A stretch of DNA of 64,000 nucleotides from Bythopirellula sp. (GTDB lineage Bacteria > Planctomycetota > Planctomycetia > Pirellulales > Lacipirellulaceae), in NCBI GenBank assembly GCA_965216565.1, contig OZ244170.1, positions 2,272,001 to 2,336,000 of the forward strand, given 5' to 3'. A program made the position numbers and the translations under genes. The notes under the pieces are model-generated. The model worked only from the letters and a program-made list of their open reading frames with translations, had not been told where the DNA came from and searched no databases. Shown here piece after piece: positions 44,606-53,769 of this stretch; the first letter of the stretch is position 1, and each line of letters begins with the position of its first letter.

Positions 44606-44792
44606 TACGCGAACCTGGCTTTGCTCGACTATCTAGGATGAAGGCTAGATTGAAGTCTAGAATGGAGTGCCACTCACCACAAACAACATACGGAAGTGTA
44701 TACACCAATCAGCAGACCAATAGTCCATGCGCAGTCAAGCGAATCTTGAACTGATGCCCATGCTACCGAATTGCAGCGGCATGTGTAACCGG

Positions 44793-45137
44793 CTATCGGG
44801 CGAAGTTGGCCGCTGGGTACGTGCGTTGCGCAACCGGAGCGGGACCATACTGTGGTCGCTGGGCACAGGCGTAAAAAGTTGGTGAGGAATAGCTCGGCTG
44901 CGGTGCCCGATAGTGGGGGTAGCAATTTGCCGGCGCGAGGACCAACCGACGCGGCGACGGTGCGCGATGACATGGATACCGAACCATCGGAGCATGATGC
45001 CCAGGACCGTATCCGTAGCCAAAGTATTGCGCGGGCGTTCCCGGTACATTCCATCGTCCAAACGAAGCACCAAAAACAGAAGTCGCAACCAAGCACAAGA
45101 TACCGATGGCAAACAGAAATGTCATAGGTCGTCGCAT
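44793..45137 (-). CDS. secreted hypothetical protein
   Basis: signal peptide; P.T.AQYFG.GYGPGHHAP, Pro/Tyr-rich tail. Confidence 0.5.
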   Translation of the reverse strand: MRRPMTFLFAIGILCLVATSVFGASFGRWNVPGTPAQYFGYGYGPGHHAPMVRYPCHRAPSPRRLVLAPANCYPHYRAPQPSYSSPTFYACAQRPQYGPAPVAQRTYPAANFAR

Positions 45138-45471
45138 GGCAGGCTTCCAGCTAGGCAGAGAATGGTTTGGAGAATACGGCCCTCATTGCCTAGCATCGAA
45201 CCACGCGCCTCCCATTCAACAGTCCGAAACGCCCTTGTGAGCAACTCCAGCAACCCCCGGTCATGCCGTGGCCCGACCATTGGGCTCAATCGATGCTATC
45301 ACCAACGGCCGAAAACTTTACCTAAGCTATCATCTAGCCGTTCCGACTAGGCCTAATCGCTGCACTCCATTAAGATCCCTCCCCACCAGCGTAGGCCACG
45401 ATGTCCTTGGCCACTGGTTCATCGGACACTTGGTCATTGGACAATTGATCATTAGACAAGGCATTCCTCCC

Positions 45472-46383
45472 ATGAAGGTCTCCGGCTTCAGCATCATTCG
45501 CGATGGCGTCCAGTTTGGGTATCCGTTTCTCGAAAGCATTCGGTCGGTGCTACCCCTAGTCGACGAGTTCATCTTGGCCGTGGGTAAAAGCAACGACGCG
45601 ACTCTCGAGGTAGCCCAGTCGCTCAATTCTCCGAAGCTGCGGATCATCGAAACCGTTTGGGACGAAAACCTGCGACGGGGCGGTCAGGTAATGGCCCAGC
45701 AAACCAATCTTGCCCTGGATGCGTGCTCGCACCCCTGGTGCTTTTACATCCAAGGCGACGAAGTGATTCACGAGCAGGACCACGAGACTATTCGACAATC
45801 GATGCGTAAGAATCTCGGAAACCCGAAGGTCGAGGGCCTTAGCTTTCGGTACCGACACTTTTTCGGCAGCTACCACCTCATCAATCCATTGCCCTACCGA
45901 CGTCAAATCCGCGTTGTTCGCAACGGCATCGGAGTTCGATCCGTAGGCGATGCATGTGGTTTCGCCATCAATGGCCGCAAACTTCGCAAGAAAAATACAG
46001 GGGCGGAAGTCTACCACTACGGTTGGGTACGCCAGCCGGAAGTGATGGGACGCAAACATGCCCAATTTTTAAGATTCTACTGGGACACACTCCGAGGCCA
46101 CGAAGCGGAACCGGCACCCGAAGTCACCACCGCCAGCGCCTACGAATTCCGCACTAGTGCCTGCGTACCTTTCCGCGGGTCGCACCCTGCGATTATGCAC
46201 GAGACGATTGCCGCCCAGGATTGGCCCGAGCCACCGTACAATTACATCCCGCTGTGGAGAAATCCGCAATGGTGGGATGGTTTTCTGCAAAAGAACTTCG
46301 CCACACTCTATCGGCGACTGCCACAAGGCAAAGAGGCCACCAGTGGCAAGACGCACCGAGAAGGTGAGCTTCACGCTGTATGA
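45472..46383 (+). CDS. glycosyltransferase family 2
   Basis: MKVSGFSIIR, YPF.ESI.S, QQTN, YIQGDE, YHYGWV. Confidence 0.8.
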   Translation: MKVSGFSIIRDGVQFGYPFLESIRSVLPLVDEFILAVGKSNDATLEVAQSLNSPKLRIIETVWDENLRRGGQVMAQQTNLALDACSHPWCFYIQGDEVIHEQDHETIRQSMRKNLGNPKVEGLSFRYRHFFGSYHLINPLPYRRQIRVVRNGIGVRSVGDACGFAINGRKLRKKNTGAEVYHYGWVRQPEVMGRKHAQFLRFYWDTLRGHEAEPAPEVTTASAYEFRTSACVPFRGSHPAIMHETIAAQDWPEPPYNYIPLWRNPQWWDGFLQKNFATLYRRLPQGKEATSGKTHREGELHAV

Positions 46384-46468
46384 TGAACGCAGGTTCCCGA
46401 CGATCTATTAGATTGCGGCCAGATTGAGTTGCGGTCTACGTGAAAAGTGAATCCTCATCCGTGAAGAG

Positions 46469-47143
46469 TTAGACTTCTATTAATCGCCCCGCCTCCAGGC
46501 GAGTCTTGCGGCCCATCGCGCCGGCCAACGATTCGCTATGCGTCACCACAATCAGCATTGCTTCTGATTGCGTTTGCAGTTCGACGAGTAGCTTGGTGAT
46601 TTCGTCTGCCGTCTTGGCGTCGAGGTTCCCCGTGGGTTCATCCGCCAATATTAGTTGCGGCTTGCGAACCAGTGCCCGCGCGAGGGCCACCCGCTGACGT
46701 TCGCCTCCGGAGAGCTGCGCGGGACGATGCAAACTCCGCTCGCCCAAACCGACACGATTGATTAACTCCTGCGCTTGCTCAATTTCTGCACCCTGCGCTG
46801 ACCCATCCGACAGAAACGGGACCAGCACGTTTTCCAAAACCGTACATTGCGGCAAGAGATGATGATCCTGAAAGACGAAGCCAATGTTAGCACTCCGAAA
46901 CGCCGCCAGCTTGGCCTCGCTAAGTGAGAAGGGATTGCAGTCTCCCAACGTGACACTGCCCGACGTGGGCGACTCCAGGGTGCCCAGGATAGCCAGCAGC
47001 GTGCTCTTTCCCGAACCACTAGGGCCCAAGATCGCAATGCTCTCACCTGCCTCAACCACCAGCGACGCCTCGGCCAACACAACCAATTCCCGATCGCCCG
47101 AGGGATACGATTTTGAAATGCTCTCCGCAACAAGCTTGCTCAT
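46469..47143 (-). CDS. LolD-like ABC transporter ATP-binding protein
   Basis: GPSGSGKST, GFVFQ, LSGGERQR, ADEPTGNLD, VVTH. Confidence 0.88.
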   Translation of the reverse strand: MSKLVAESISKSYPSGDRELVVLAEASLVVEAGESIAILGPSGSGKSTLLAILGTLESPTSGSVTLGDCNPFSLSEAKLAAFRSANIGFVFQDHHLLPQCTVLENVLVPFLSDGSAQGAEIEQAQELINRVGLGERSLHRPAQLSGGERQRVALARALVRKPQLILADEPTGNLDAKTADEITKLLVELQTQSEAMLIVVTHSESLAGAMGRKTRLEAGRLIEV

Positions 47144-47431
47144 GCCGCCATTGTGGCTGCCGATCGCGGAAAGTGGAAGGAGTCCCGCAGAAAGCAGAGG
47201 CGAAGTACGCCGCGGCCCAATCAGGTGGCCAAAAATAAGACTACATTTCTTTGGCCAATATCGATAATCAACTTCGACAATTTGCGTAGCGAAGACAACC
47301 AGGCAGAGGGCGCCAGAAGACGTAAAAATCCTCAGAGGCGAAAAACGGTAAATCTCGGATTTCGATTTACACTAGATCGTGTGTGACACTTTTAAGACCA
47401 CACAAAATATGCTTGGCCTCTATTTTTGAGC

Positions 47432-49132
47432 CTAAGCGATGATATCTCGGCGACGCTTCAGATAGTCCCATACCACATAGCGGTCCAAATCTTTTCCAGC
47501 AGTAAAAAACACGCGACCTTGGGTCGACTCTGCCAATCGATACGCGAAACGGACATCCTCTTCGGTCTGAGACCAACTGGGCAGCAGAAACATGTTGATC
47601 GTGATTCCATCCCGATGGCAAAGTTGGCCTTCCCGCATCGTCGCCTGTTCGGTTTGCGGATCGGGTGGATACAGCAGGTAGAGCATTTCACCTTCAAAGT
47701 GGGCCGTCGGCAGGCCATCGGTAATGAGCACAATCTGCCGATTCGGCGTGTCCTGCGTCGCCAACAGACGCCGCGCCGTGGACAACGCATGTTGGATATT
47801 CGTGAAATGCGGCGGCACTTGGTACTCGCTAACATCTTCGCGGCTCATATCCGCCCGCAAACGCACCACCGGATCGTGCACGGTGACCGGTTTAGGCATA
47901 AGTTCAACAATCCGCCCCCGTTCTACCGGTTTGGCGAAGCTAGACATTTCGATAAACTGCAGAAAATCGCCAGGATACTCGCTCCGAATGAGGCCCTCGA
48001 GCGTCAAGGCCATTCGCTTGACGTTGATATACTGCCCGTCGTAACGCATTGATCCACTCATATCCATCAACACACAAGTCGCACACTTGGGGTTGTTGCG
48101 AGTCGTGTGGATCTGCATGTCATCTGCTGAGAGCCGAATCGGCAACCCAGGCCCCTGGCGGACAAGCGCATTGATAAACGTACCAGGGATGTCGAGATGC
48201 GTGACGGAGTCGCCGAATTCGTAATCTTTGGTCTGTTGCGTTTCAACGGCGCCTTCGCCCACAATAGGCCCTTGATGCCGTCCGCTCCGTGAGGCTTCAA
48301 TCTCGCTAAACAGTCGGTCAATGAGCTTTGCTTGAAAGATTCGGTATGCTTTGGGCGTCACCTGGTAGTGCTCGCCGCGTTGCTCCAGCCCCTGCCGTTC
48401 GGCTTCTTCGCGGAGGTAGTCCTGGACCTGTTGCTGCAAGGCACTGAGCTGGTCGATATCCCCCGGCTCGGCAAACTCGGCCAGTGCTTCCATATCGATA
48501 ATGCCAATTTGGGCCGTTTCTCGGGCTTCTTCAAGTTGCTTGATCAACTCGTCAATCCGCTCGAGCTCCTCCTTGATTTCCAGCGCCTGGGGCACAGTCA
48601 TCGACTCCCGCCCCGTGAATTCGTAGTCCGCGGCTAACTGCTCAATTTGATACTTGTCTCCCAAGGTTTCAATCAAACTGACGAGAGCCCGGGCAAATGG
48701 AGACTGATCGTCCCCCGTGGCGTACCACAGGCGTTCCAGCTCACGTAGTTGCTCGTTCGCAATCGCTTCCTGATAACGCTTGCGATGTGGTTTAGGGGCT
48801 GCGACGCTCTGTGCATGCTCGACAAAGGCACTGTGAGCTCGCTGACGAACCTTGCGGGTTTCGTACTTTTCGAGAATCTTCCGGCGGCGTTCCCGAAGCA
48901 AGGCCAGTAAAGCGTCAATGCTGGGCCCGAGCCCGGAGATTTGGCTAGGATCGATTCGCACCGCCCGAGCAAGCTCTTCTTCCGTTAGCTCTCGCCGTTG
49001 GCCGAACATGAGCATATGTTCAAATGCCGAGGAAACTAAGTCGGGCGGTGGTTGTGTGGGACTAGGAAATCGCCGCGGATCGTATTTCTGGTAGGTATGA
49101 ATCACACCGCCCAGCGTGTTGCGATTGGCCAT
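47432..49132 (-). CDS. VWA domain-containing protein
   Basis: DMSGSM MIDAS motif, TNIQHAL, ITDG.PTAH. Confidence 0.8.
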   Translation of the reverse strand: MANRNTLGGVIHTYQKYDPRRFPSPTQPPPDLVSSAFEHMLMFGQRRELTEEELARAVRIDPSQISGLGPSIDALLALLRERRRKILEKYETRKVRQRAHSAFVEHAQSVAAPKPHRKRYQEAIANEQLRELERLWYATGDDQSPFARALVSLIETLGDKYQIEQLAADYEFTGRESMTVPQALEIKEELERIDELIKQLEEARETAQIGIIDMEALAEFAEPGDIDQLSALQQQVQDYLREEAERQGLEQRGEHYQVTPKAYRIFQAKLIDRLFSEIEASRSGRHQGPIVGEGAVETQQTKDYEFGDSVTHLDIPGTFINALVRQGPGLPIRLSADDMQIHTTRNNPKCATCVLMDMSGSMRYDGQYINVKRMALTLEGLIRSEYPGDFLQFIEMSSFAKPVERGRIVELMPKPVTVHDPVVRLRADMSREDVSEYQVPPHFTNIQHALSTARRLLATQDTPNRQIVLITDGLPTAHFEGEMLYLLYPPDPQTEQATMREGQLCHRDGITINMFLLPSWSQTEEDVRFAYRLAESTQGRVFFTAGKDLDRYVVWDYLKRRRDIIA

Positions 49133-49250
49133 CGACGAAGTCCCCTGAATGAATGCCTGTAAAAGATTGGTATCGCTGCGGCATCAGCGCATCTTGGGAC
49201 ATTCTAGACGCTCGCAGCAGGCGAGGCCATGCGCAGCCAGTGGAGAAGCC

Positions 49251-50204
49251 TTATTGAACGAATCGAGAATAGATTTCGTGAATGTGCCACTTGAGCATGG
49301 TGACATGCCCAGCACGCGGATCTACGATCAGCTCGCTTTCGGCAATGGTGCGGTGAAAATAACGGCCCATCGACGGCGTCGCAATTTGATCGCAGCCACC
49401 TTGCCAAATAGAGACCGGCACTCCTTGCAGCTGACAAAGCTGAAAGCCCCAACACGAACCTAGTAGCCGAATGTCCTTGACCATCCCCGCAGCACCGCAC
49501 CGGCCCGCTTCGTTCAAATTTTCGATCAAATGCCGGTAGTAGTGAGGATTGCATAGAACGAGTTGCCTGTCTGCTGCCGTCCACTTCTTGGCAATCATGT
49601 TCACGATCTTATCGGGACGGCGATCGAGACGTCGATTGATGAAACCAATACCCATTTTCCCCAGTCGAGGACGTTTTGTGATCAATCGGATCATCTTGTC
49701 TTGGCTTCCCGAACAGACACCGGGGGAACCAAGAGGCGAATGGCCCGAGACAATCGCAGCATGATTGATACGGTGCGGCATCCTCAGCACACAAGCACTG
49801 GCATAGGGAGCTCCTCCAGAGAATCCGAGGACGCCAAATTGTCGGTCTGTGTAGCCAAATGAATCAGCGAGTGCGGCCACATCGCTGGGCCAGTCCAGTA
49901 TCCGTCGGCATGGATCATAGGTCGATCGACCTAGTCCCGGTCGGTCGACGGCAATCAAGTGAATCCCTGCGGAATAAGCTTCGTCCGAGACCAGAGCTAC
50001 TTCCAGCCGTGAGCCTGGAGTACCGTGAAAGTAGAAAACCAACTGGCCATGTGGATCGCCATATTCTCGATAGGCCAAGCACCGCCCGTCGCAAAGCTTT
50101 AGGCTTCCCTCGCGACTGAGGGATTCATCATCCGCGCGGGCGAATTGGCCAGAGCAAACCAACAGCAGCAAAGCTGCAATGCGAGTGGGGAGAGCAGAGA
50201 GCAT
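49251..50204 (-). CDS. alpha/beta hydrolase, secreted
   Basis: HGTPGSR, DRPG.G.S, GFSGG nucleophile elbow, AGH. Confidence 0.85.
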   Translation of the reverse strand: MLSALPTRIAALLLLVCSGQFARADDESLSREGSLKLCDGRCLAYREYGDPHGQLVFYFHGTPGSRLEVALVSDEAYSAGIHLIAVDRPGLGRSTYDPCRRILDWPSDVAALADSFGYTDRQFGVLGFSGGAPYASACVLRMPHRINHAAIVSGHSPLGSPGVCSGSQDKMIRLITKRPRLGKMGIGFINRRLDRRPDKIVNMIAKKWTAADRQLVLCNPHYYRHLIENLNEAGRCGAAGMVKDIRLLGSCWGFQLCQLQGVPVSIWQGGCDQIATPSMGRYFHRTIAESELIVDPRAGHVTMLKWHIHEIYSRFVQ

Positions 50205-50321
50205 TTCAATATCTTGGGCGGGACGGATCGGGGAGGGGCGCAAGCAAGACTTGCGACTATATAAATCTACACCCTAATTGTCATCTAGGCGCTGGCTAGC
50301 TGATTGTAAAATGTTCGGAAT

Positions 50322-51111
50322 CTAACAAATCCAACGATTAGAGGGACCAATTAGGGCCAGCAAGGGCAATAGAAGTATTCCTAGATTCGGCTCGGGCACT
50401 GCGGACAGGTTTGGAGTGAGCGGTATGCCCGTTCCAAATTCTTGCTGCCAGTCCAGAAAATCCAATCCATTGAGGTCCACTCCATAGCGAGCCTCCCAGC
50501 CAAGCGTTGGATGCGTGAGATCATTTGAATCGACATCACCATCGCCATCAAAATCCGCTTTTAAGTTCTGGAACAGAAATAATCCGCTGTCTCCATTGGT
50601 GAAGTCGACTGAAAACAGCAGATTGCCCAAATCGTTTAAGGCGGTAGGACTGCCGTCGTTTCCACCTGAGCCGCCTACGAAATCGAGTGACGCGATCGTT
50701 CGACCCGCCAGATTATCGCCCTCCTGGGCAATCAATACACCTGCTCCTCCTGAGTCCATCAGCCACAATCCCGAGTCGTTGCTGGCCCCCACCGCACCGC
50801 CAAGCTGTAAGGAAGCTTTCAGTGCGATCTGACCGGCAGAGTTTAATACATACTTTTCAAAATCGTCGAAGCTGGCCCCCACAATGCCAGGCACGCCTGC
50901 ACTTCCACTACGGGCAATTTCGTTTGATGTAACGCCATCAAACGACCAGATTCCACGGCTGTCGCTGGCTGTAACTCCTCCCACACCAGCCACAAGTTCA
51001 CCATGGACGATAACATCTCCGCTATCACTCAATAGAGGAGTCTCGAACGACTCAAAATCAGCATCTGCAATCCCCGGCACCCCTCCCGACCCCGTTTGTG
51101 CAATCCGTTCC
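50322..51111 (-). pseudogene. C-terminal fragment of an IS-interrupted PEP-CTERM protein (NxxGxxAF-like repeats, dockerin-like motif)
   Basis: LNSAGQIAL repeats, ADFDGDGDVD, VPEPN plus TM segment; joins in frame to 55011-56007. Confidence 0.85.
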
Positions 51112-51278
51112 GGCACTGGTAACCTTCCGTGTGGGATTTCTTCGTATTCCCCGTGATTCCCAGCCGTTGGCGGATTGTTTGCATTTTATTCCGCTAGCAA
51201 TGCTATAGTACCAATTGCGTTGGCCTGGACTTGGGGTGTCTATCACGCAACAATTCCAATCCGCTCTAACTCCCCAAC

Positions 51279-51311
51279 AAAAAAACCCGGTTGCCATTAC
51301 TGACAACCGGG
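51279..51311 (-). terminator. rho-independent terminator downstream of the 56-aa cargo ORF
   Basis: minus strand CCCGGTTGTCA-GTAA-TGGCAACCGGG-TTTTTTT. Confidence 0.8.
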
Positions 51312-51336
51312 CTCGATAGAACAAGTTTACTGCACT

Positions 51337-51507
51337 TTAGGCGTACTGGATCAGCTTCCATGTCACGGCTTTACCATTGTATGGGGGCATCACATTGCCC
51401 TCTGCAATGGGTGCAGTTGTGGATGGCGTACCTTCCACTTTCCACACTCCGCTCTCTGGACATCTTTGACCAGTAGTCGCTGTAGTGCCTATCGGTTTTT
51501 TGCTCAT
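51337..51507 (-). CDS. 56-aa small protein, YjzC-like (absent from ORF track)
   Basis: MSKKPIGTTATTGQRCPESGVWKVEGTPSTTAPIAEGNVMPPYNGKAVTWKLIQYA; AAGGAG RBS; own terminator. Confidence 0.7.
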   Translation of the reverse strand: MSKKPIGTTATTGQRCPESGVWKVEGTPSTTAPIAEGNVMPPYNGKAVTWKLIQYA

Positions 51508-51541
51508 CTCAAACAAACTCCTTTAAAAAAGAGGAAAAAAA

Positions 51542-51811
51542 GTGGCCAGCTTCGGACTAATAAAGCCCTTCGACATCGACCACGGGGAACTCGATGGACT
51601 CCGCCAACAAGATTGTTTTGTCCTTGGCTATGAACTTGCTCAGATCGACCAACTGCTAAAGCAGCCAGAGTCCATCAATAAACCAGTTCACGCTGACAAC
51701 AATAATCGTATAAAAAAAGCCTGTGTCGAATCTGGTCGCCAATACAGCTTGACGTGGATGTCCGGTGACTCGTCAGAGTCATGGATGCATCTTCAAGTTG
51801 ACGGCTTGTAA
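51542..51811 (+). CDS. hypothetical passenger protein (89 aa)
   Basis: GTG start with GAGG upstream; globular-looking composition. Confidence 0.55.
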   Translation: MASFGLIKPFDIDHGELDGLRQQDCFVLGYELAQIDQLLKQPESINKPVHADNNNRIKKACVESGRQYSLTWMSGDSSESWMHLQVDGL

Positions 51812-52092
51812 AACGACAACGACTCCCAAATCTAATAATTAAGCATCATTGCACGCATGCGCGGCAACTCTATCGGTGCTATTTGGGGATGCTGTGCCAG
51901 AGGCGGCGAGATGTGAATAACGTCCGCTACTCCATTAACAGTCAATTCCTACTCAGAATATACATAATTGGAACGCGGTCGCAAGGGGCAAAGCCAACTT
52001 GCGACCGCATCCAATAAAGACGTTATTCACGGGCAACTTTGTACCATTTTTCACAATGTCTCGTCAACTAGTTTTTGCACTATTCCGTGCTG

Positions 52093-53037
52093 TTAGTTTG
52101 CGGCATTTATCAGCAATTCTCCAACACCCCAGGCTTTTTCTGTCAAACCAGCGGCCATTGCTGGGGTCTCGCCTAGCGAGTCATGCTTGCGAGCAAAGTT
52201 GTAGTAGCAGAGATAGATTGCTTGCATGGCCTTGTGATGCTCTAGGCTCTTGCTGTGGGCATTCGTGAGACGGGTGAACCGTCGCAGATGCATTCTATAC
52301 TTCTGGTTGAAGGATTCGATATGGCTCGTGCAGACGTTCTCTTGCTTGGGGTTACCGTAAACAGCTTTCTTCTCAGAGTTTATTATCGTGGCCGGGCTGT
52401 AGCGGGTCTGCGTTTGGGTAGATGCGTAGTTCTTGACGATCTGGCCATAGTCTACCCGATTGCCGAAGGTGAACGGCACGTTGTTGGTGTAGGTCGATAG
52501 GCCGTCAGTGGACAGTTGGAAGCGGCCAGCGGTCGCACGGTCTAACTTCTCCAAGAATCGAACAGTGGTTTCGCGATCCCGGCCACCAATCTCATAGGCC
52601 AGAACCATTTTCGTATTCCGCTCGATTCCAAGAAACGTCCAGGAGTCGCCGTACTCTTCCCCGTAGCCATTGGCTTGACGGGTTTTTTCTTTACAGCCAA
52701 CGAAGCTCCAGATTTCATCGGCCTGCACGTCCTCAACTTCGATGTCGCGTAGGCTGTTCATCAGGCGTTCGCAGTTGTTGCCGACTGTGAGAATGAGATC
52801 GGCCAGAGTTTGACGGCAAAGGCCGGTCACACGCTGTACTGAGCGAATCGACATGCCCTCTAGCAACAGGGAGATAGCGGTAGCGGCTTGCTTGATATCG
52901 GTTCGCATGGCCCCTAGTGGGCTCTCTGGCTTGTCAACGAAAGTCTTGCCACACAGCGAGCACTTCAAACGGGGGTGACCTTGACGGTCTTTCCCGTGTT
53001 TGTGGCAATTTTCGTGTTGGCAGGCGGTTACTATCAT
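52093..53037 (-). CDS. IS1-family DDE transposase, single ORF
   Basis: Cys-rich zinc finger (C..C...KCSLC), HTH (GMSIRSVQRVTG), QADEIWSFV, STDG, TSHIE.FN, RRFTR.T..HSK, TPAMAAG. Confidence 0.9.
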   Translation of the reverse strand: MIVTACQHENCHKHGKDRQGHPRLKCSLCGKTFVDKPESPLGAMRTDIKQAATAISLLLEGMSIRSVQRVTGLCRQTLADLILTVGNNCERLMNSLRDIEVEDVQADEIWSFVGCKEKTRQANGYGEEYGDSWTFLGIERNTKMVLAYEIGGRDRETTVRFLEKLDRATAGRFQLSTDGLSTYTNNVPFTFGNRVDYGQIVKNYASTQTQTRYSPATIINSEKKAVYGNPKQENVCTSHIESFNQKYRMHLRRFTRLTNAHSKSLEHHKAMQAIYLCYYNFARKHDSLGETPAMAAGLTEKAWGVGELLINAAN

Positions 53038-53047
53038 TGTTCTCTCG

Positions 53048-53123
53048 TTGATTTCAGTATACTTTAATCAAACGAGGGCTGCAATAGATTAGGGTTGATT
53101 TTTGGAAACTTTTATCAAATAAT
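53048..53123. promoter_or_regulatory. divergent sigma70-type promoters overlapping two palindromic operators
   Basis: minus: TTGCAG(53084-79)-N17-TATACT(53061-56); plus: TTGATT(53095-100)-N17-AATAAT(53118-23); TTGATT-N12-WATCAA at 53048-53071 and 53095-53118. Confidence 0.6.
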
Positions 53124-53128
53124 CTGGC

Positions 53129-53320
53129 ATGGCTAAGAAAGCAACAAAACGGGGCGGAAAACGCCCAGGCGCAGGACGACCCGCCAAAGCCCCTAGCGAG
53201 AGGCGAGATCAGGTCTTTTCCGTCAAGCTGACTGCTGACGAGAAGAAGCTACTAGACGATACAGAGGCGCGCACGTGGGCACGCGACGTATTGCTACGAT
53301 CCGCTCGCAAGAGACAGTAA
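53129..53320 (+). CDS. small basic DNA-binding protein (RGGKRPGAGRP tail plus RHH-like core)
   Basis: VFSVKLT beta strand followed by two helices; divergent from the transposase. Confidence 0.7.
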   Translation: MAKKATKRGGKRPGAGRPAKAPSERRDQVFSVKLTADEKKLLDDTEARTWARDVLLRSARKRQ

Positions 53321-53321
53321 G

Positions 53322-53412
53322 CGGAGAGTGGGGGAGTCGAACCCATCCGATGGACGGACCCCTAGCACAGTGTATAAGGCTGCTGCATCAACCGAGATGC
53401 GGGCCGCTCTCC
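53322..53412 (-). tRNA. non-canonical 9/3 allo-tRNA-like gene, anticodon UAU
   Basis: GGAGAGCGG/CCACTCTCC acceptor (8/9), GCATC-TCGGTT-GATGC D arm, GCAGC-CTTATAC-ACTGT anticodon arm, GTCCG-TCCAT-CGGAT variable arm, GGG-TTCGACT-CCC T arm, G discriminator. Confidence 0.8.
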
Positions 53413-53499
53413 AGAGTGGCCCAAATTCAGATGCTAAAATCGCAATGTATTCATGGCGTCCACTAGACTTGAATACTGGAACAGAGGTTCACTGCAAGA

Positions 53500-53769
53500 T
53501 CAGGAGGGTAGCTCTGTGGAGATGTACGAACCTGTGATCCTCGTTATAAAATGCTCTCCCTGGTGTTCGCAGTAATCAACATTCAGCGCAGCAGTCCATG
53601 CCCTGCCTTCATGGGTGCATGTGATTTGAATGTGCACAGGAGATGATTTAGTTGTAGAAGAGATAACTGAGTCAATTCTTTCAGCAAAAATAATGCGGAT
53701 GGCCTCAGGCACATCCGCATCATTGCTAAAAAACTGCTCAATTGTCCTAAGAAGCCATTGAACGTTCAC
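53500..53769 (-). CDS. hypothetical passenger protein (89 aa), candidate toxin
   Basis: GTG start overlapping the upstream ORF by 23 nt; MNVQW N-terminus. Confidence 0.5.
   Translation of the reverse strand: MNVQWLLRTIEQFFSNDADVPEAIRIIFAERIDSVISSTTKSSPVHIQITCTHEGRAWTAALNVDYCEHQGEHFITRITGSYISTELPS

Noticed and set aside
52093..53037. Programmed -1 frameshift as in insA/insB
   Set aside because: Zinc finger, HTH and DDE domains are all in one continuous frame.
53322..53412. tRNA-Sec (selC) or an integrase attachment-site remnant
   Set aside because: The anticodon loop is CU-UAU-AC rather than UCA, and the geometry is 9/3 rather than 8/5. It is a full cloverleaf internal to the element, and the element has no integrase.
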